Of a DNA stretch of 64,000 bases, positions 55,501-64,000 are shown piece by piece. Every line of letters starts with the position of its first letter. The first letter of the stretch is position 1. A program made the translations under genes and the position numbers. The notes beneath the pieces were generated by a model. That model saw only the letters and a program-made list of their open reading frames with translations. It made no database searches and was not told where the DNA came from. Origin of the DNA: Trichoplax adhaerens. Lineage: Eukaryota; Animalia; Placozoa. The stretch covers positions 1,068,469 to 1,132,468 of the forward strand of contig NW_002060960.1 in the NCBI RefSeq assembly GCF_000150275.1, given 5' to 3'.

Positions 55501-58500
55501 GATAACCCATCTGACGACAAACAACATCGGCTGACTTATGGTTCCAACCAGAAGTACATATAGTTCCAACTTGACCATCATGTTTTCGAACAAGAACAGC
55601 TCCAACATTATCTTTCTTTTCATGCATAAGGCTTAAATTGTACAATCCGCTTGCTATATTGAAATTCGATCAAATTGTATGGCTTTAGTTTGTACCGTAC
55701 CGATTAATGAATTACTAATAGCCTCAATACCATAACTTAATCCATACTCTAACTACTTAATTCTTCCAATGTTGTAATTCTATAAAAAACAGTGATTAAT
55801 TGCAGTAACGTAATAGTTCTATTAACGAACTAATGAAGTGAATACAAGGTACATTTAATGCACAGAAATTATTTATAGTCCTAATAAGAAAAATTTAATT
55901 TCGTTAAAATGGATTATCACTAAATATTGATTTCAAATGATAATTTGACTATCATCTTACTCAATGAATTATACGTGGAAGGGAGAAAACAAGTTAGCCA
56001 AACTTCATATCCAAAAGTGCGTAAATCTACAGGTGCTGTAATTGTGCATTCTGAAAATGATTTCTTTGATAACGGGCAGTCAATATTTTCAGCATCAATA
56101 CAGTAAGTATTATTCAGCAAGGCAGGACGAGCTAAGATCAATAGACAACGTATTCTTTAATAATTATATATAATTAATCATACTCAGCTTTTATTAAACT
56201 TAAATCTCAAAAATTTAAAGTCACCACTACTTACACCACACAACACCTACTCCACCAAATCCAGTTTGCTGGCACATTAAATTAATGGTTTTATGACTCA
56301 AAGAATCGTATGGATTACAAATCGAACGCCATTTTCCATTGATATACGTACTAATACGTCCAGTATAGTCATGCAGGCCATGTAAATTCTGAATTTTTAA
56401 AGGATTTAATGCTATGTAAATTGAATTTTGTGTGAGTAAATTAGTATTTCAATGTTATCATTCAATTGAGTGATTATTACTATTGGTATACTACTTTAGA
56501 TTTAAGCAATGTATGAACTGCTAAAGATTAGCAATACGATCAAGTCTACGTTAGATAGAATAATTTTAGCTTTACTTCCAAAAGGGTATTCCGAAGTTTG
56601 TGTATTTGGAAACTGGCATTTGGATATATCACAAACTTGCCGTCTATTAGGAGAATCTTTAGTAAAGCACCAGGGCCTTGCTAAGCTTGAGTCTGGATTT
56701 CTGCAAAAATTATTCGTTAAATCTGCCTCAGGAAATTTGTCCTTCGTGTAGGAAGTTGATTTCCATGTAGTACAGGCATGCCCATATTTTGTTTTAGCAA
56801 CTCCACCTCGATAGTAATGGCCATTTCCGGAGAAACAGTATCTTTCTAATGATAAGTATTTAATAAAGGTAGGCATAATATAGCTTCTTTAAGTTGAAAG
56901 CTTCTTTGAAATAGCATATAAAATAGTATTAAAAGCTTGCGATGGCTTATCTACCGCAGTGTATGATTATTGAGCCTGGCTATTTCGAATATTTTTTACG
57001 CCATAAAATAAAATTTGATTTATCATTAAAACCCATCAACTACTCACCCATTGGTGAGATTTCAATCCGAATTAATCTTAATTCTCCAAAATGCTCACTT
57101 TCACGAGGTTCATGAATGCCAAATAAACCACGCACAACAATCTGAGTTTATGAAATTCAGTAATTAAGAGATATAATATTTGCGTAAATATATCCTTGGC
57201 ATAGGGATTAAAAACATTTATGCTTCCATATTCCTTAATGTTATTATGGATGCAGTTAGTCAATCGATTTCAGTACTGTAAAATTATAATCATCAAGTGA
57301 TAATATAGAAATGTGCCTTATTCCATGGCCTACGTTAATAGAGAAAATAGTTCATACGCTAAGTTTTGTTAGCAATTTACTTCAGTTAAAAAGCAAAGGA
57401 AAACATGTTGAATATATTGGTATTACTTCCTGAAATAATCAACTTAAAAAACTGACTGAATGGAGTAGTAAAGGCTCATATAAGCAAATATATCCATTAC
57501 TACAGAATACTTACAGAATAAGATGGGTACTTTGGTGAGAAATACAATGTATCTTTGAGCACATTCCTGGTCGAACCTTTTGAAAGATGAAAGTTGCTAA
57601 TATCATCCATATGAGAACTGGATGTTGGATATACGGCATGAAATGATATCTGTGCAAACGTGGCATTTTCAAACGCTGCGTAGACACTAATCTATAAGAT
57701 TTAGGATATTGATGAGGTTAGTAATCTATTACAAGTGAGAACTGCTACACTTCTATAGCATGGCTCATTATTATACGTGAAGCAACATTAGCAGAATGAT
57801 TGCTGATGTAAAAGAAGGCAATACTTTGCATTACAGGCACAATATAATCAGAAGTACCTTGATCTGCCTTGTTCTTGTTGGAAGTATTAATGGAGGGCTA
57901 ACCATATCCGCGAAAGCTCCTATAGGATACTGAAAATCTGGCTTTAATACCATGCCAACATTTAAACCTAACACAACGATCCCAATAATAATTTATTTTA
58001 CTAAGAATTGAAAGCAGATAATTGAAAATTTTGCACAATAGTTTTTGATTATAAAATAAAAAATGTAACATCGATAGCTGGTAATAGAAATGCTGAAAAT
58101 TTTTTGAATTTTTAGATCTAAATATACTCTTTATACACTACTAGTTTACATTTAAAACGCCAAAAATAATGCATATGAGAAATAGCTAGCATTAAAAATT
58201 GTAAATTCAAATTATTAATAATACTAACGATGCTTCCAATCCAGGAAATCAATCGCTTCTAATTGATTCCAACGGCATGGACTTTTTCGAAATAAACAGC
58301 TATGTGAGAATAATGGTTCATCTGGACAGGCGATTTTATAAAAAAAGTATTCAGTACCGAAACATAAGAATTAAAAGTAAGAATACTATACATTTTCTAT
58401 CATTATCTAATGGAGCATGTAATGTTAAATTAAAAGCTTAGAGATTATTGATATTGATATATATAAATTTAGTTTTTTATCGATTTTAAAAATTAATCTT

Positions 58501-60213
58501 TCTTTCTTACGAATCAATTCATTCAGCTTAGACTTAGACTTTTATGCTGTACTAACCTTGAAGATTATAGACCGAATGTTCTTGGAAATGGTGCGATTTG
58601 ATACGTTGATCGCGATTATTTTTGAATGATGGCTTCTTATGTCCTTAATAAGATCATAATGTAACTATTAACTTTATTAGATTCGTAATGAAGTAGAACC
58701 CAATCGAGATCATGCAGTTACAGGGTTGAAAATTTTTATGCTATAAATTGATTCTTCGTGAATTAGTAAAGAATAATCGCTAAGAACTCTCGATCAGTCT
58801 GGAATAACAATTTTCAGAATAACATGCTATATTATCCTATCGCAGTATATTTTCTATCAGCAATGTGCATAGCTTAAAACTAAGTTCTAGATGTATAATT
58901 CCTCAAAAGATCCCAATTAAATAAATTATAATAGAATAAAATTAAGATATATTGATTTTAATATCGTAAGTATGAAAATTATAGTGACAAAAATAATTAA
59001 ACACATTTTGGCCATGATCAAGAAACTATTTTGGTTAATCACATCTAGTAACCTCGCTTTCGAATTAGTGGATCTTTGCTGCTATGTTCGAGATTCGGTT
59101 TTCGCAAGTCTCTATTGCCATTTGAGGTCCAACATTTACCAATAACCTCCACGGAGTATTCATTTGCAGAATGAAGCAATTTTTGAAGCCTTGGATCTTC
59201 ACACTGTAGTTTATCAGCTATCGCACTATCATGCAAGGGTACATAAAATACTAGTCATTCAAAGAATGTCTTATGGTAAACCATTCAAGATTTTACTTCT
59301 TGATGTACTCTAATTTTCATGTTCAAATATTACTTGATTCTATTACGAATTTTATCAAGTGTTTTATAAGAATTGACTCTTTTTATAGCTATTTTACATT
59401 GCAACTCGTAAATAAGCGATTACATCTCTAAATAATCTACAATTACATCTTAGCATTAATAAGGGTTTGTAAACAATTATGATTCAAAGTATTTCTAATC
59501 AGCATGTACAAGTCATGTAAGCTAGTCTGGTGAAGTGTAATTTTAATCTTACCATTAAATACAGCTCAATCTCAGCCTATTGAAATTATTAAAGTATAGA
59601 AGATTGTGTCTTAAGCCAGATTGATATCGCGACTCACAAATAGGCAATTAAACCTCTAACTTATCTATAATTGTATTTTAACGAGCTGTATACAAGTGTT
59701 ATTGAAAGCATTTCTAAGCATGTATTAGTCGAATAAATTAATCTGGGAAACTGTAACATTGATTTACCATTAATAGTGGCTTAATTTCAAGCTATTTAGA
59801 ATCTTCTAACATCAAAACTAAGCACTAAATCATCGTTTACATCCATATAGAGAATAATTAATTCTTTCACCGTTTGAATGCTGTCAAGATAGCGATATGA
59901 AAATCCTATTACTAACGATATTTTCAACATATCTAGAAACAATTTCGACTATTTCAGTTTTTATATCGGCAAATAACAGTAGCTTTAGATTGGGCTCATG
60001 AACTTACATGCGTTTATATCCATGGCTTACATAGGATGCTAATTCATCAGTAATAGTCGGGCAAAGAATTTTAGATTCATGACAACTGCATGAGGGTGGG
60101 CAGCTTTCTCTTGCAGTGTGAGTTCTCGATAAAATTCGGAATAGAAATTGTAGTATCGTAAATAGAACAAGTAGTACAACAACTTTGTATTTCCAATATT
60201 TATACAATTCCAT
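52531..60213 (-). CDS. Predicted GPI-anchored mosaic protein: signal peptide, LRRNT-like Cys cap, MAM, Kringle, SRCR, SRCR, MAM, hydrophobic tail
   Basis: Phase-compatible GT-AG exons. 60213-60008: hydrophobic N-terminus and CPPSCSCHESKILCP. About 59251-59053 and 58642-58557: linker. 58321-57049: MAM1 (SCLFRKSPCRW...ADMVSPPL...). 56845-56576: kringle (YRG..NFCRNPD..RPWCF). 56411-55961: SRCR1. 55653-55179: SRCR2 (GTICTSGWNHKSADVVCRQMGY..IDCRGYESSIDQC). About 53755-52711: MAM2 (CSFIRSYCGW..W..SKLISP..YAIDDL). 52616-52531: ISNGAQKMPKASLVLITIVTCISNFYS*. Confidence 0.85.
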
Positions 60214-62210
60214 TTTTGCTTGTTACTTATTTCATGATATACTGTAGACTTGAATTATTGCACCCTGGATCATGATTAACAGATGTTCATAAACAGTTAT
60301 TCATACTACTGCAAGGCCTTTTCTTGATTGTTGACTAAAACCCTGTAAAACATACATTTATCTATATGTCTAATGCCCTACTAATGGTAACAGTTTATAG
60401 TATAGATGCTCACCGTAGAAGTAATCTGTTAATTATAGTCTAAAACTAGCCTAGTTTCTAACATGTTTAACAGTAGGCAAATCATGACGGTTCGTCTTTC
60501 TGTCCGATCACGGTGCTGAATTAATAAATACACAATACTTTTATAGTACTAGTATTTAAATTGCCTCCTGCTAATTATATATAGTAAAACTCTCGATTAA
60601 GAAGATTTTATCCATATTAAGATCCTTTATGTGATCGATAAGCTTTGGCCTTGTAAGGTACTTTAACAAATAATACTTCATAATGAAAAGGCTCGCACAA
60701 GACAGCTGATTTACGATCGTTTATGTAACTAATTAATTTGGTTTGTAAGTAACCTTATGATTACTATTAGCAAGCATGATCATCGTATTTAAGTAAACGT
60801 CTAAGGCGACAACAACTTCTCTTAATTTCATCTTCCTACAGAACGCTAACTTAGTTATCTGAGCTGCACTCGGCTAGATACTAGGGGTCAATTATTAAAA
60901 TTTCAAAAATTGCGGCAACTATTTCCTAGACATAGGTCTATAAACATTATGATGTTACACCTTTGAATTACTGTGTCATCTCGGCAATTATACAACTATA
61001 AGTCTTTAAGGTATTAGCCGTATTTTGTCAATACAAAAAATTAAGGAAGATATACAGCTTACAAGCTGAAAGCAACTGTGTCAGCAAATCACCCAAAATA
61101 ATTATCTCCATTTTATTTGCAGTTTGAAATAGGGTGTATACCTTAATTAGCTTGGGAAGCACTAATGTAAAGAATGTATTACTTTTTACATTTTATTTAT
61201 AGAAAGATACAATATTACAAACTTAAAGCATGTTTTATCAAGTTTTCCATATTCTAACTACTATTCTTCCTAACCCTTGATGTAAGTTGCTTCGACATCA
61301 TCAATTATGTTATGTATCAAATGGAAGTCACTATATTCGATCTGTGACACTGAGATATCCTTGACACTTTAGTTAGATTTAGAGGAAATATTTACAAGCG
61401 AAATTTTCATATTTAGCTAGGTATCTAACAAACTGGTATTATTTCTAAAAATTTTCAATGATTTGCTGCTTTGTTAAAAATTATCTCATTATTTCTTAAA
61501 ACATTGAAAGTAAAACATTTACTAAATCTATAGAGCTAAGCGTACAAGACGAAAAGAAGTTGTAGTTCGTTAAGGTAGGCCAATATTCAGCAAAAACTTT
61601 GCAACAAATTGCAGTTATTAAGTTGATATTAGTATCTGCTTAATGGTGTTTCATGCAAATTTATCTTACAATATACATGAACGTATTTAATGTATAGCAA
61701 AATTAAACTGTGATAACCATACGGTAGATTTTTAATTATCTGAAAATAAACCTTTGATTCGAGGTCTGCCACTTACAGACAGTCGATATAATTGTAGGAG
61801 TATTAATTACAGTATAGCATGCTTTTACCAGGCATAGAGTAATATTTTGATATACCATATTAAATCTGCTGAACTAGCTAAAACGACTTAATAGAAGTCA
61901 ATTCACACTTGCTAGATATAAGAATTAACTGTGATATAAGCCAAACGACTCGAAACTAATTATAATCGATGGGTACAGCTAAATTATTAAAGACTTTAAT
62001 TATGGATTTTGAGTAAATGAAAGCAAACTATTTAAATTCCCTTTTCCGTGACGTACTGGTACTTCAGGCATTTTGATAATTTTTCTTTAACTGTCTCCCT
62101 ATGAAATGGAAATTGAACCGAATCTCTCATTCTCAGTTTATGGGTTTAAGAAAATCCATTATCTTACAGGCAATGCCAATTATTTAACTAGCAGCATTAT
62201 GATGCAATTC

Positions 62211-63970
62211 TTACCAAATTGATAGCTCGATAAAATAGTATGTAGAAGATTTGCTAAAGCCATTAAAAGGACTATGGAATACCGAGAAATACGCACCAAA
62301 GCCTGTTTCGACATAAAATTGAAATGACTATTTTGTTGTGTTGTTGATATCCTTTTATAAGGATCTGACGTTCTGCATAAAGTAAATTAAATCTCCAATA
62401 TCTAACTGAAATAATATACAAAGAAAAACATATACTTTTGAGATGCATCTGAAGACTAATTGAAGAAAAGCTGTAGAAAGTTAAAATGAATCATTCTGGA
62501 AAAGGTCTACGATTCTTCTATAAACTAATCATGTGATGGTATCATACCTCCAGAAGCTGACATTCTTTTAGTAGATAATCCAATCCGGAGCAGGAATAAC
62601 CCCAGACTGTACTTGAGAAAAGTCCTTCCAAGCTCTTACTGACAGGTAGGAAACTCTGATTATCAAAATCATGTAAAACATTTCCAAAGGATCCATGCAA
62701 ACTCTCATTCACATAATATGCATACTTTTTCTGAAAATGAACAGAGCGGTAACTATAACTATTTGCAGTATTGGGCAGTAATTAACGCGAAATTTGCATT
62801 TGCACGTATGGATTATTCATAATTCGATCACCTGTTCACCTGAAATAATTGTTAAACAGAATTAATTTTTCGTTATATGATGGTAATAAACTCAAATTTT
62901 ACGTATTACTTAAGAAAATTTTTAAATAATTCATACCAATTGACATAACTTACCTTGAGCAGTAAGTTCTTTTGCGTTAATTTCGCGCTTTCCAATTACG
63001 TCCATGACCAAGTGAAAAGCTCTTTCGGCAAAATATCGACCTGATTTTAAGAAAATTCTATAACTGTCATTCCTTGATACAATATATATCTACTTTCTAC
63101 AGTGTATCTGTTTAAAAATGCAATCAAAAAAGGCGCGAATTCTCATTATATTATTAGAAATAACTATCAAAATTATTATTGATTATAATCTCAGTATACC
63201 CGGCTCTGACATAATCTTAACTTGATCTTCAATAGGAAAATACTCGTCCAAGGCTTGTCTAATCTTAGCGCAAATCTATATCGAGAAATCATTTCATAAA
63301 GATCGAAAATATTTCATGAAGACGTTTTTTAATTGCATATTGCAAACAAACAGTTTCAAATTTAGCATCAGCATATCCAGGAAATCCACCACCAATATCC
63401 AAAATGTCAAAATTATATCCGATCGATTTCTAATACGGATGTAAAACAAAACTACAGATTTAGATCAAATAAAGAGCGAGAGTAGAAGAATATTTTATTT
63501 ACACCATAATGGAATGCTTTTCTAGCCAGCTGTATGGCAGAAGCGAAAATTTCGCCGTCATAACGTCCGCCACCTATATGAAAGCTGCAACCGAAAAATT
63601 TTTTTAATTAATTTAGATCAGGCAGCTGAAGAAATGAATATCTGAAATACCGCATTTGATTTTTTTAGCATTCTGTTTTTATAAACGCAATATCGATATC
63701 AGTGACAAATTCATATTTAATAGAACGTTAACAGAATGCGGAATACGGCAACATATCTACCCTATCCCAACTACGTTAAGTTGCAGATCACGAGCTACTT
63801 GAAGTTGATTAGGGCAATCTTCAATATCGACGCCATACTTTTCACTAAGCTATACAATTAATTGAAAGAAGACAGTTATCTGTTTTAACATATTAGTCCT
63901 TAAAGACTTTAAGGTTACACTTACATGATATAGAGTACCAAAATCATCGATCTTAATCCGTAATAACAGT
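62211..63970 (-). CDS. Ornithine decarboxylase-like / antizyme-inhibitor-like protein (group IV PLP decarboxylase), 3' part; 5' end lies beyond the window
   Basis: Exons give LLLRIKIDD, LSEKYG, NVVGIGFHIGGG, LDIGGGFPG, IMSEPGRYF, YYVNESLHGSF, STVWGYSCSGLD, LDIGDLIYF and FGAYFSVFHSPFNGF. Several active-site residues differ from ODC and one junction is anomalous, so it may be a pseudogene. Confidence 0.88.
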
Positions 63971-64000
63971 CTGAATTAGTTATTAATTAAAATTTAAAAT

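Noticed and set aside
28030-63970. Polyamine-pathway gene cluster (polyamine oxidase plus ODC-like)
   Set aside because: The genes are about 33 kb apart with unrelated genes between them and no evidence of co-regulation; probably coincidental.

Overview
AT-rich, intron-dense eukaryotic (animal) DNA with many short GT-AG introns. The composition and gene style suggest a compact early-branching metazoan genome such as a placozoan; this is inference, not proven. All gene models below were spliced by hand. In order: IFT140 (-, 13708-3549); a 7-unit structured tandem array in the divergent IFT140/DECR2 intergenic region; peroxisomal DECR2 (+, ends in -SKL); RPL38 (-, with 5'TOP tract); an intronless polyamine/spermine oxidase (+); an Apaf-1-like gene (-, CARD, winged helix, HD2, divergent WD40); a predicted GPI-anchored MAM-Kringle-SRCR-SRCR-MAM surface protein (-); and the 3' part of a divergent ornithine decarboxylase-like gene (-). 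The Apaf-1-like gene shows no visible P-loop/NB core, and its introns carry a DD41D Tc1/mariner relic and three TG..CA-type LTR copies, two with perfect 5-bp TSDs. The most interesting items are the NB-less Apaf-1-like model (its exon phases join in frame), the mosaic GPI receptor, the active-site-substituted ODC paralogue, the LTR family and the structured tandem array.
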